Shown here: positions 1 through 12,194 of the stretch, piece by piece
Layout of the letters: every line of letters starts with the position of its first letter
Position numbering within the stretch: position 1 is the stretch's first letter
DNA from: Stegostoma tigrinum
Taxonomy: Eukaryota
Direction of reading: 5' to 3'
NCBI RefSeq assembly: GCF_030684315.1
Contig: NC_081354.1
Span: 128,999,314-129,063,313 of the forward strand
DNA: 64,000 bases
The notes under the pieces: model-generated
Database searches by the model: none
The model's input: the letters and a program-made list of their open reading frames with translations, nothing else
Told to the model about the DNA's origin: nothing
Made by a program: the position numbers and the translations under genes

Positions 1-520
1 TCTTATGAGCTCTGGGCAGCAGTAGAATTGTATTCAATCACAATGAATGAATTCATTGCCCAGCATCTACCGCAATCACCCATTTCTGCCAAGCTGAGGG
101 TCGCACTGATTCAATGAAGAGGACAATAAAACCTGCCAAGAGCAGAACCAGCCATACTTAAAAGCAGCAAGTGTTTAAAGGAGGCCTCACATATATCTCC
201 ATTTTTCAGTACAGCGACAATACTGGCACTTAGCTGATAATATGGAAAATAGTTCAGCTAGATGCTATCCCCAAAAAACAGCACAAATCCACCCAGCTAA
301 TTACTGCCCCATCAAAACATTCTCAATCATCAACAATGTTGTTCAAAGGGCCATCAACAACATCATCATCACTTATACAGAAATAACTTGCTCTGTTTGA
401 TTTCCACCAAGGCAGCCTAATTCTTTCCCTCATTAAAGCCTTGTTTCAGAAAAGGATAATGAGCTGAAATAAAGATGTGAGGTTGGAGTGACTGCCCATA
501 ACGTCAAGCATAATTTTATA
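1..520 (+). mobile_element. Degenerate L2/CR1-clade LINE RT fragment
   Basis: Decayed RT-domain-like sequence (..tggaaaatagttcag..cacaaatccacccagctaattactgccccatc..); no intact ORF. Confidence 0.5.
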
Positions 521-3029
521 GAGTGTTGTATGAAGGAATTGAATCAAAACAGAAAAAAAAATGAGCATCAGGAAAGTGTGAATGAAAGTAGTGGATCAGG
601 GACATGTATGGTTTGGAGGGGAACTTACAGGTGTTTATATTTGAATGTATCTGCTACCCTTATCCTTCTAGGTCATAGAAGCTTTCGGTTTGGAAGATCT
701 AACTGAAGAAGCCCTGCTGAGCTGCTACAGTGCATTTTGTAGATTGTACAAACCGCAGCCACTTATTACCTTGGCATCGTACCTATGAGAAGTAATTTTG
801 TGATGGTAAGTAATAATTCAAATGTGTGTTATATATAAAAGTCTGACAGTCTGCCAGTTGAAGTCATGGAAATCAAACTGTTAATGGAAGAGCTTTCACA
901 AGGATGCATTAAAGCAGTGTCTTTATGTAAATTGAATTATATCATTGCAGCTCTTGCTGAATCTTTTAATGGCTTGAATCCTGCTAGTAGTTTGAAAGTT
1001 AGCAATGTAAACGCCATTGGGTAGGTAAAACTGCTGCAAAAAGATTGCTTCTGAATTGAAAGATTGAAGAGTATCTTTTCAACACTAAGTTTTATTTCCT
1101 GCACGGTGGCCAAACTTTTTGGGGGCCCATGAGACAGAATTATATTGCCCCGGGCTCTCAGCACTTTTATTCTGCAGACAAGCATATTGTATCCCTTGGA
1201 GTGTCCTCTTCATCAACACATTCCTGCTTTCCTGCCTTAACATGTCTCTTGTACTTGTTGATAGATAAGACTGAAATCTTTTAGGAGAACATGTTTTGAA
1301 GGACTGCATCATTTCACAGTGCTCAATTAAACTAACGGAGTAAAACCTTTCTTTAAAATACTTAACAACTCCTTGCATCTAAAAGATATGGACTCCAACA
1401 ATTTCATTTTCCTGTTGCAACTTGCTTATTCATATATCCCTGCATTTGTCATTGAATGCTTTCTCTTATTGCTTATTGTACTAATACACTGATTTCCTTA
1501 GTTTATTAGTCCAATTTTCTCTCCTGCAGAACAGGTTGACTCGATTGCCTTGATAGCAGGCAATCTCTCTTTGGGTGATGTTCACTTCTAAGGCTTGATT
1601 GTGAATACTGGAAGCCTATTCAATGTGGAAAACATATCAGCCAGGCATGAGATTTTTTATAATACAGTGCATTTTTGAATTCTTTCATTAGACATTGCTG
1701 GCTTGTATTAAGTAGAAGAAGATGGAATGAGTATTTTGTGACCGCAACCCAGCTGATCAAATGTCACACTCCTGCCACCTTTGCTGCAATCAGTTAGCTC
1801 AGTCAGAAGGCAGGGTTCAAACCTGGATAAAAGCTAGCAAGGAGGGAAGGGTTCAGCTTACAATTCTGTTAGAAATGCTCCCACGTTCCCACTTACAGAT
1901 GTAAACAGACTCAGCCACTTCCTGGCGAAGATACAGTGGTTTGTAGGATCAGCTTTGAGGAAATTCCATTTCAAAAGCTGTTATATTTGATGGCTGGTGA
2001 AGTACATGTTTATTAACTTATAAGAAATACAGTTTTTCCTAGTTACATGAATTTGTTGATGAGCAGGCCCCCAATTAAAGCTGTCTGCTATAAAACAGGA
2101 ACTTACATTGTAATTTCTATCTGCATGATAGATAGGTGAATGTGGCGAACAGATTCTTCTCTGCGTCAATTTTATGTTTCTCATACTGGCGGATTCAGCC
2201 TTTTAAGTTCTGGTTGGATACTCTTCATTGCTCCCATGCACACATCCAATAGTTTTGTTTTCCAAGTTTTCTATGCATGTATAGGTTTAGTACAAAGAAG
2301 AAGAAGCTGAGTGTAGACTTTTGTTTAATCTTAACAATTTCACTTCCTTTGATATATTTTTGGAACCTAAAAATGTCAGGAGATGGAATGCTGAAAACCT
2401 CTTTGTAACAATCAGTAAATTTTAATTATCCAAACTACCATTTCTTATAAATGCTCAATTAAGCATTAAGTCCTTTTCTTCCATACATACAGTCACTGGC
2501 TAGTCCCAACAGTTTTTATTTTATTTGAAGGAAAATGCACATCTAGTGTTTGGAATATTCAATTATGCTTCATTACCCTCTTAATTTGTTGAGAAAAAGG
2601 TTTTCAAAATTTAGCAGTTTTGATTTATGCAACCAGAACCAATTTAGATTGATTACATATTCTATAATTTTCCAGGAATGTAGAGATTGGAAGAAATCTC
2701 AGCCCTTTTTCGAGTGTCTGGAGTGACTGAACATTGCTAATAGAGTAGAATCCTATGAACACAGTAAGGTGGATGCATTAATACTCAACAAAGTGTAACT
2801 TTCTCCTCCCTGGTGGTGAGACGGAGGTAAATTTCTCTCCAAAACTAATCTGCCCCAATATTTCCCAATGCTCGGCACCTCACTGATTAGGTTATGGTTG
2901 AAAAAGTCAATGGCCAACTTTCTCAATCCACCATCAATTAAGTCTCTCAGTCGTCAACTGAAAGACACTTTAGGCCCCGACGAACTCTCCAATCACCTTC
3001 CTCCCCCATGGGGAAGGGAAAGGGAAAAT

Positions 3030-3248
3030 ACTCTAGCCTATTCAGTGTCTTCCTGTAACTCAAACCCTCCAAACTTGATAACATCCTTTTGAATCTTTTC
3101 TGAACCCTATCAAGTTTCTCAACATCCTTCATACAGCAAGGAAACCAGAACTGAACGTACTGTTCCAAAAGTGGCCTAACTAATGTCCTGTATAGATGCA
3201 ACATGACCTCCCAACTGTTATACTCAATGCACCGACCAATAAAGGCTA
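3030..3248 (-). mobile_element. CR1/HER1 LINE fragment
   Basis: ORF 2947..3360 contains LYRTLVRPLLEQYVQFWFP...LDRVQKRFKRML, the CR1 ORF2 C-terminal signature. Confidence 0.85.
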
Positions 3249-4984
3249 GCTTACGAATGGTCCTCCAATTACCATACTCTGGGGCCAAGTGGGGACATGG
3301 ATGGAGAGTGAGGGAGTGGGCTCGCTGCTTTTGCCTCTGAGCACCCATACCCCCCAACAACCTCTGCTTATCCTAAAAGAAGAGTATAGAAGATTTCCAC
3401 GTTGGATTCTTTGAGAAGTAGGCTTTGACCAGCAAATTTTAGGGCGCAGCAGATGCTGTCTTTTGACTATCAAAGCCCACACTTGCCTACCAGCTCTTAA
3501 CGACCAGATTGACAGGCAATACAGTGAGTTTTCATAGTGGTGGGGGTATGGAGTTAGTCACCATCTAGCGTGTTTCCCTTCATACTTTAAAAAGAATACA
3601 AAAATTCTGCCCCATGTTCCCAAGCACAAACAAGTCATGTTCCATCTATCTTCCAGATGGTCTTTCCTACATATTCATTATATGCATGCTTACAAAGTTG
3701 AAATGATATAATGACCCATCCTCTTTGCTTAAGTATTCTTTTCCAGTACCATAAAAAAATGGAATTTCTTCTACTTTTTGTCATGTTTTCTTCCTACACA
3801 TTTGAAGCTACAAAAACCCAAGTTTCATATTTTCTAGTTCTTGGCTTATTTAACACCTTATTAGTTTATCTGTTGGTTTATCATTACTATTTTTATTTTA
3901 TCCTTGCTGATGTGCATTATTTTTGAGTTTATATCCTCACTTAAGCTTCTCTGCAAAATAAAGAGGGGCAGTTACTCTAATGATATCTGGGTGGAGCAGT
4001 GCCATTGAATCATGCCTTATAACTGAGAATTGAAAGAGTTAATCTCCTCTGTGCTGAGCTTATTACCAATTGCTTTTTCCAAGTGAACTTTTTTTTATTG
4101 CATTGATGTAGAATGAATGGAGATCATGTTTCTGTAGCTGTCATTTGTTGCTTACCAGGCAGTCTGGCTCTTGTCAGTAATTTTTCAACTGTTCAGTGTA
4201 ATGGAATTACAGTAGAGTTTTAGAAGCTGGATGGTGGGAGGGATTCTTATACCAGTTGTATTCTGAATTATGTCTAATCTTATCAAGGAACCCGTCATTG
4301 TTTCTGAGGTGCCTTGAGCAGGTACAGTGCAGCTTTTGTTTATTGCAGATCCAGAGCTGAATAAACTTGTAGAAAAAGCCAAGCTTAAGTAGTGTGATTT
4401 CAGAACCTTTTGTGCTGATTATAAAATCCTTTCAGTGTGAGCCAGATATAAGAATAACAAGGTAGTTTTGGTCTAAATTTCCATGTTTATTACCCGTGCA
4501 TCTTATTAAGGTCCTGAAGAAAAATGAAAATGTACAAAAATATGAAATTTTGCAAATGTTTCACTGGTTATGAATCTCATTCACCTGAGTTTGAGTTTGA
4601 TTGCAGTAGGCAACATCTGAAATTATATTTATATTATAGCTCAACGATACATCTCAAAAAACGCTGGAGTGAGAACATTTTACAGTTGTAAATAAGCTGA
4701 GTTTGGATAGTTTCTAAGGCAGCCTGATGTATTAGCAGTCATGCAATTTGAACTGTTGTAAGTGGAATTGAACTCTCCCGCTTGCAATAAGCCAGGAGCC
4801 AATTTATGAAAATTTGCTTTCTCAAATCTTTGGCTATGTTGTGATTTTACAAGTTCCATATTTTTGAAAAAGTTGAATAAAATCTTCTGAAAATCATAAA
4901 GTGGTGGAAATAATCAGAAACAAGCGAGCAATATGTTTTTGGCCTCCAGATGCATGCCAAAGATCAGTTATTATCAGTTTGAGT

Positions 4985-5891
4985 ACTAGTGGAGTTGCAG
5001 ATAGTGAGGTAGATGGTCAGAAGATACAGCAAGATACAGCTCAATTGGGGGCATGGAAAGAAAAATTGCAGATAGAGTTTAATCTGGACAAATGTGAGGT
5101 GATGCATTTTGGAATGTCAAGACAGTGGAAATTATACAGTTAATGGCAGAATCCTTAGGACGATTGATATGCAGAGGGATCAGGGTGTGCATGTCCACAG
5201 ATCATTGAAGGTAGCAGCGCAGGTAGATAAGGCAGTAAAAAAGGCCTTCGGCATGCTTATCTTCATTGGAATGGGTATTGGATATAAGGATAAGCAAGTT
5301 ATGCTGCAACTTTATAGAATTTTAGTCAGGCCACATTTGGAATATTGTGTACAATTCCAGACACCACACTTCCAGAAGGATGTGAAACTATGCAGAGGAC
5401 ACAGAAAATGTTTACTACGCTGTTGCCTGGTGTGGGAGATTTTACCTATGAAGAAAGATTGGATAGACGGTTTGTTTTCACTGGAATGCAGGAGGTTGAT
5501 TGGCGACCTGATAAAAGTTTATAAGATGATGAATAGCATGGATAGAGTGGAAAGTGTAAGGTTTTTTCCCAGGGTGGAGGAGTCAGTTATTAGGACACAC
5601 AAGTTCAAAGTGCAGGGAGTGAATTTGAAAAGAAATGTGCAAGGCAAGTTTTTCACACAAAGGGTGGTGAGTGCCTGGAATGCACTGCCAGAGGAAGTGG
5701 TGGAATCAGACACGAGAGCAGCATTCAGGAAATGCCGGTTTGAATACATGAATAGGAAAGGAATAGAGGAATACAGATCTTGTAAGGGAAGACAGTTTTA
5801 GTATGGGAGGGCAAAATATGTCGATGCAGGCTTAGCAGGCCGAAGGGCCTGCTCCTGTGCTGTATTGTTCTTTGTTCTTTCTTTGTTCTTT
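4985..5891 (+). mobile_element. 5'-truncated CR1/HER1 LINE with (TTCTTTG)n tail
   Basis: FNLDKCEVMHFG, LYRILVRPHLEYCVQF and FFTQRVVSAWNALP motifs; 3' end ggccgaagggcctgctcctgtgctgta followed by ttctttg repeats. Confidence 0.92.
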
Positions 5892-6249
5892 AAGGTGGTG
5901 ATTATATGCCAGAAAAATCACTTTTTCTCTATAGGAACAATGCGGGTAAGGGCCCAATAACTACCACATGTTCACATTTTCTAAACATTTTATCAACTCT
6001 AAATTAAGACCTCAAACAAAATGCTGTGATTTTTCTAACGTTCCCCATTTGCACTTTCACGACGACTTTCCTTATTACTCGTTGTTGAAAGATTGCAACA
6101 ATAATTTTGATAAAGTTCACATTGATTACAATGAGCACTCACTATGAACAATGTGAGAGAACATAGAGTGACTCAAAAATATCAGTCAGGACATTGGGAA
6201 TAGATGCAAAGGTGATGACATAGACGAAAATTAATCATACACTCGCCAG

Positions 6250-6334
6250 AAATGAAAGAACTACAGATGCTGGAAATCTGAAACAGAAACAAAAATTGCT
6301 GGAAGAAGGGTTCTGAAGAAGGGTCACTGGACCC
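6250..6334. mobile_element. Penelope pseudo-LTR remnant with truncated hammerhead core, abutting a CR1
   Basis: gaactacagatgctggaaatctgaaacag... then CTGAAGAAGGGTCACTGGACCC (6313-6334), with no following GAAA. Confidence 0.6.
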
Positions 6335-6962
6335 TAGCTTTGAACTCCCCCATCCTAATAAAAAGATCTTTGCCATTCACCTTATTTATGTTCCTCATGA
6401 TTTTATAAACATCTACAAAATCACCCCTCAACCTCCTACGTTCCAGTGAGAAAGATCACAGCCTATCCATATAAATCAAACTCTCCAGTCCTGGCAACAT
6501 GCTTGTAAATCTTTTGTGAGCCCTATCTAGTTCAATAATATTGTTCCTATAGCAGGATGATCAGAACTGCACGCAGCACTCCAAAAGTGGCCTCAACAAT
6601 GTCCTATGCAAGCACAACATAACAATCCAATCCCTTCACTCAATGGTCTGAACGATGAAGGCAAGGCATGCCATACACAATCTTTACCACCCTGTATACC
6701 TGTGACACAACTTTCAATGAACTATATACCTGAATACTTAGGTGTCTCTGTTTGACAAGTCTACCAGGGGAGACCTACCATTAATTGCATAAGTCCTGCC
6801 CTTGTTCATCTTACCGAAATGCATCACTTTTCATTTATCCAAATTAATCTCCATTTGCCACTCCTCACCCCATTAGGTCAATTCATCAAGATCTCTTTGT
6901 GATCATAGATAATGTTCTTCTCTGACAACTATACCACCAGTTTTGGTGTGACTTGCAAACCT
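6335..6962 (-). mobile_element. Degenerate CR1 LINE fragment
   Basis: Reverse-strand similarity to the CR1 copies at 12.2-13.8 kb and 41.6-43.0 kb (cactccaaaagtggcct, aaatgcatcac, ctccatttgccactcctca). Confidence 0.8.
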
Positions 6963-6969
6963 GTGGAAA

Positions 6970-7450
6970 CTTTTTTTTATTCATTCATGAGCAGTGAGTG
7001 AGATTAGCTGTAGCAGCTAATATTTGTCATGCCTAGTTATTGTAGAGAAACTTGAGCTGAGCTGCCTTCTTGAACCATTGAAGTCTTTGGGATATACTCA
7101 AAGTACTGTTATGGAGAATGTTCCAGAATTTTGAACCAGCAACAGTGAGAAAACAGCAATTTATTTCCGATAGTTTGTGGCTTGGAGGGGAACTTGCAGA
7201 TATTGGTATTCCTGTGTATAGCTTTGCTTGTCCTTATAGACGGTAATGGTCACAGGTTTGGAAGGTGATGTCTAAGGGGACATGCTGAGTTTCTGCAGTC
7301 TTATATATGGAGCATACTGCTGTTACTGTGTATTAGTGATGGAGGGACTGAATGCTGAAGGTGTTACATGAGGTGACAATCAGCCAGGTTTCTTAGTCTT
7401 GGATTGTGTCAGGCCTCTCCAGTGTTGTTGGAATTGTACTCATCCATGAC
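6970..7450 (-). mobile_element. L2-like LINE 3' end
   Basis: Begins ttttttttattcattcatg (minus strand ...CATGAATGAATAAAAAAAA), then decayed body; related to 590-760. Confidence 0.55.
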
Positions 7451-8719
7451 AGCCTGAGGTTGCATGTTAGGTGAAATGGCAAAGGGCAGCAGGTAGGAGT
7501 AGGCACTAAGTTGGCACATCTGTGTGAGGGGCTGGGTGGAGTGCATTTAGTTGCATGCATTGCCATTGTTTCTAGTTGCAGAGTGTGTGATTTGAGAGAT
7601 GCGTGGATGCTGCGAGGGGTAAAGGTGGGAGAAACATTTATCTTTCTCCACATTTGGAGAAATCAAGTGCCCCTTTGGATCTGGCCTGCGGACAGGTGTC
7701 AAGGTCCATTTGATGTGTAAGGCTCCCAATGAGATTATGAAAAGGCATGCTTATGAATAAAACAGTGCACAAACTCATTGGGATTGCCAAAGTTCTCAAG
7801 AAACTGTCAAAAAAAAGTTGACTTAAAAATAAAATAGTATAATGTATTTCAGAGTACCTGTTATGTAAAAGTAATATGATTTATGCTACATGACTAATTT
7901 CCCAAGCTAATATGATTACAATGGGTGCTTGATGATGGACAGCTCCAACTGATTATTGTATGGAAATGTCTTTTGATGCAAGGCATTAAATGCTTGTTGG
8001 GATGTTTGTTGGCATAAAATATACTTGAGTGAAATATTTGTTTACAAAATGGATTAGTTGAGCAGTTTTAAGGTATTGAATGTTTGTGTATCTTTGAGTA
8101 TGAGCTTTCTAATGGCAGATTTATGCATAAACTTTACTTAACATAGATTTTATGCTCTTAGGATGCCTCCTGATTAATGTTCATGCTGCATAATCCACGA
8201 GTGGCATGGAGAAGGAAGTTGAGTGAGTGGAGTATATGTGTTGACACTGAGTGGCATGGAAGCTGGAAAAGACCATGAGATTGACAGATGGCATATGGGA
8301 TGTGAGGGACCATGAGAGATGGGTGTATTGCCACAAACTGTACAAGGGGATTTGAGACATGGGTAGATTGACATCGCAAGTGTGAGGAGCAATGAGTGTA
8401 GATCAGGGGCAAATCTTGGCGTGACTGAGTCATGGAGAGTGACGCAGTGAGAGCTGGAGGGATGTTTTCAAGTTTGATCCTCATTTTTAAACTTTGAAAA
8501 ATGTACTTTCATCTGCAAGTACCCTTTACACCCAGTGTGCCCTGGGAACTGGTGACCTCTTAGGGCTTTTTTCAGGCTGCGAGTCTCAACTCCCACTGTG
8601 GGCCAACAGCTCCCATTCCTTCGCCACCATCACTCTCTCCCCATCTCCAGACAAAATCCAAAAAGGGCACCAGCTCCCAGATAGCTTTGATCCACTATAA
8701 CTTACCTACCATCACAATA

Positions 8720-9888
8720 GGAACACAGCAGATGCCATCTGTCTGGCCATACACTCATCCCTGGAACATCTGGAAAACAAGGATACCTATGCCAGACTCC
8801 TATTTATTGATTTTAGCACTGCTTTCAATGCCATAATTCCAATAAAACTCATCTCCAAACTCTGACTCTGCTCCCCCCTCTGCAACTGATCCCTTGACTT
8901 CCTGACTCAGAAACCACAATCAATAAAGATCATGAGAAAACATGTCCTCAACAATAGTCCTCAATATTGGTGCCCCGCAAGTCTGTGCACTCAGACCTTT
9001 AATATACTCCTCATACACTCGCGACAAATTCAGCTCTAACTACATTTTCAAGTTTGCTGATGAGAATGCCTTAGTGGGCTCAATCTCAAACAACAATGAG
9101 AAAAATTACAGGAAAGAAATAGGCAGCCTAGTGACATGGTGTAAAGACGACAACCTCACCTTCAATGTTCACAAAACAACGGAGTTTGTAATTGACTTCC
9201 GGAAGTGGAGGACACACACATGTTTGTATCAATGGCACTGCATGGAAATGGTCAACAGCTTCATGTTTCTCAGAGTAAATATCACCAATAATCTATCATG
9301 GTCTATCTACTTTGACACAACAGTCAAGAAAACACATCAAAGCCTCTACTTCCTCAGGAAATTCGACATGTCTGCAATGACTGTTACCCGTTTTTACAGC
9401 TGCACCATAGAAAGCATCCCATCTGGATGCATCACAGCATGGTATGGCAACTGCTCAGCACAAGACCATAAAAAATTACAGAGAGTTGAAAACGCCGCCT
9501 ACAAACCAGTCTTCTTTCCATTGACTCTGTCTATACTTCTGCTGCATCAGGAAAGCAGCCAACATAATCAAAGACCTCCCCAACCCAGTTATACTTTATT
9601 CTACCCTCCTTTGTCAGAATGATGACATGAAAGTTTGAAAACACGTACCAACTGATTTAAGAGCAGCTTCTTCCTCATTGTTATTCGAGTTATGAATGGA
9701 CTGTTCATATATTAGAGTTGATCTTTCTTTGCACCTTCTCTGTAGCCGTTACACAATATTCTACAATCTGTTCTATTGCCTTTGTGTATTTACTTAATGC
9801 ATGATTTGTCTGGATAGCAGGCAAAATAATTATTTTCACAGTATCTCAGTACATGTGACAATAATAAAGCAAATCAAATCAAATCAAA
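8720..9888 (+). mobile_element. Rex1/Babar-like LINE, 5'-truncated
   Basis: ORF 8942..9622: TIVLNIGAPQVCALRPLIY, KFADENALVG, FYSCTIESI.SGCITAWYGNCS; ends aataataaag(caaat)n. Confidence 0.8.
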
Positions 9889-9901
9889 ATCCAATGTGTA
9901 G

Positions 9902-10462
9902 CTAACAAAATGTGGAGCTGGATGAACACAGCAGGCCAAGCAGCATCTTTGGAGCAGGAAAGCTGACGTTTCAGCCTAGACCCTTCATCAGAGAGGGGGA
10001 TGGGGAGAGAATTCTGAAATAAATAGGGAGAGAGGGCGAGGCAGACCGAAGATGGATAGAGGAGAAGATAAGTGGAGAGGAGAGTATAGGTGGGCAGGTG
10101 AGGAGGAGATAAGTCAGTCCGGGAAGGACGGACAGGTCAAGGGGGCAGGATGAGGGAAATAGGTAGGAAATGGAGGTGCGGCTTGAGGTGGGAGGAAGGG
10201 ATAGGTAAGAGGAAGAACAGGTTAGGGACGCGGGGACGAGCTGGACTGGTTTTGGGATGCAGTGGAGGGACGGGACGAGCTGGGCTGGTTTTGGGGTTCA
10301 GTGGGGGGAGGGGACGAGCTGGGCTGGTTTTGGGGTTCATTGTAGGGAGGGGACGAGCTGGGCTAGTTTTGGGGTTCAGTGGGGGGAGGGGAGATTTTGA
10401 AGCTTGTGAAGTCCACATTGATACCATTGGGATGCAGGGTTCCCAAGCAGAATATGAGCTCT
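9902..10462 (-). mobile_element. Penelope-like element 3' fragment (GIY-YIG C-terminus plus pseudo-LTR)
   Basis: Reverse complement matches 25800-26290 and 20750-21197. Left flank TCCAATGTGTAG (9890-9901) recurs at 10571-10582. Confidence 0.88.
10233..10388. repeat. 39-bp minisatellite, 4 copies, inside the Penelope element
   Basis: Unit gggacgagctgggctggttttggggttcagtggggggag starts at 10233, 10272, 10311 and 10350. Confidence 0.95.
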
Positions 10463-10535
10463 GGTTGCCGTGGTGTAATGGTCAGCACATTGGTTTCGGA
10501 GCCCTGCGATCCGAGTTCAAGTCTGGGACCAGCCT
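10463..10535 (+). pseudogene. tRNA-Gln-like sequence (tRNA pseudogene or SINE head)
   Basis: GGTTGCCGTGGTGTAATGGTCAGCAC...GCGATCCGAGTTCAAGTCTGGG resembles vertebrate tRNA-Gln (GGTTCCATGGTGTAATGGTTAGCAC...GCGATCCGAGTTCAAATCTCGG). A and B boxes are present; acceptor and anticodon stems pair poorly. Confidence 0.75.
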
Positions 10536-11429
10536 ATTTCCTGCCTCGGTTCGGGCTGAGCCTCAGGAAGTCCAATGTGTAGGTGGTGATTTTTAAAGGG
10601 TGGTTTTGTGGAATTAGGATTTCCCTTCTCGGTGCATCTCTGACACACGAACAACAATCAGGGCTTAAATGGGCACAGAAGTTATGATCTAAAACGTTTG
10701 AATGAGATGTTTAGTCCAAAATACTGAATGAAAGAAAGACAAGGTGTTGTTTTGTGTTTTACACTGAGTTCCACTGGAACACTGTAGTAGGCCATGGAAA
10801 GAATGTATGAATGTTCTGTATATGATCAACATGGAGCGAGGTGGAGAATTTAAATAACAAACCTCAGGAAACTCAGGTCATGCTTGAGGACTGGCTAGAG
10901 GTGTCCTGCAAAGTGCTAATTCATTCCGTTTGCTCTTTTCAGCACAGAGATGGCTACAATTTGACAATTGAATGTTGCACACTGAACTGAAAGAGGTACA
11001 AGTAAATATTGTTACATGAGGTGTTGGAAGCATTGTTGCGTATCTTCTGGTTACTAACTACTATCATCGTCAGATTAGATGGAATACAATGCAGCTAAAC
11101 ATGAACTTTTTACCTGATACAGCATCCCCACTCAAGTGTTTTACCCCATAGTTAGCAATTATACATTCAGGTATACAATTAGATTTTAGATTTACCATTA
11201 CGTATCTCCACAAAAGTCTCTGGCTTCATAAACGTTGGCATTCAAAACGTTGCATAGTTCTTCTGAGCATATTCCTTTCCAATGTTAAAAATTGGTCGAT
11301 ATTTGGCTTGAATAATGTTGATCTTGATTTTCATCTTGGCCTTAAGTGGTCCGTGAACTACTTTCTTTGCTGGAGGATCTTTTATCTCTTGGATATGGTC
11401 ATGGGGATATCTAATAGAGGATGTTGCAC

Positions 11430-11790
11430 AGAAACATAGAAACAAGGTGAATAGGAGTACAAGTAGGCCATTTCACCCTTTGAATGTGCTCTGTTAGAAT
11501 TTTATACATTTCTGTGAGATCCACAGTCATTTTTCTAAATTCCAGTGAATATAATTCTAATTTATCCAGTTTCTCCCTGTGTCTCAGTTTCTTCATCCTG
11601 GGAATCAGTCTGGTAATTCTTTTTTGCACTCCCTCAATGGCCAAAAGATTTTTCCTTAAGTAAGGAGAACAGAGCTGCACATAGTACTCCAGATATGGTC
11701 TCATGAAGGCCCTGTACAACTGTAGCAGGACAGTCCTTCTCTGTGTTTGAATCCTGTGACGGCCATCATACTCTTTGCCATCTTCACTTA
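11430..11790 (-). mobile_element. CR1 LINE fragment
   Basis: ORF 11411..11794: LLQLYRAFMRPYLEYYVQLCSPYLRK...VQKRITRLIP. Confidence 0.85.
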
Positions 11791-12194
11791 GCATAGGGTC
11801 TAGTTACTTGGAAATCTCAAACAGGTTTAAAACAAACAGACAGACAGACTTGTTCACCATTACTGAAGAACTTGCGTAAACGCCTGTACTCCTCACAACT
11901 GTGCTGGCATATTCACCTTCTAAAGCAACACCACCACACAGAAAAGGTTAAATCGGATACCAGTCATGCTCTGCATTAGTGGTTAGGGCTTTCGACACTC
12001 CTGAGGGTGTTTTGAATTGTGGTGCAGATTCGAAGGGCTGAATGACCTACTCTTGCTCCTATCCTCTGTGTAAGAGGAAATGTTTAGTCGGAGTTCCTAG
12101 CCTTGAGTCACAGCTGCTACTCGGAGGGGGGATTTTTTTCTACCCCCTGGAATCTTAATCAACCTTAATCAACAAGTGTCTAAAGCTACATTGA

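Noticed and set aside
7460-8700. Possible DNA-transposon (Harbinger-like) remnant in purine-rich sequence
   Set aside because: No recognisable transposase motif or paired terminal inverted repeats by eye; needs a Dfam search.
10233-10388. CRISPR-like array
   Set aside because: Units are head-to-tail with no unique spacers, the context is eukaryotic, and the array is internal to a Penelope element.
10463-10535. Functional tRNA gene (the loop would read CGG)
   Set aside because: Anticodon and acceptor stems do not pair well, the body is Gln-like while the anticodon position is not, and it sits inside a TSD-flanked insertion.
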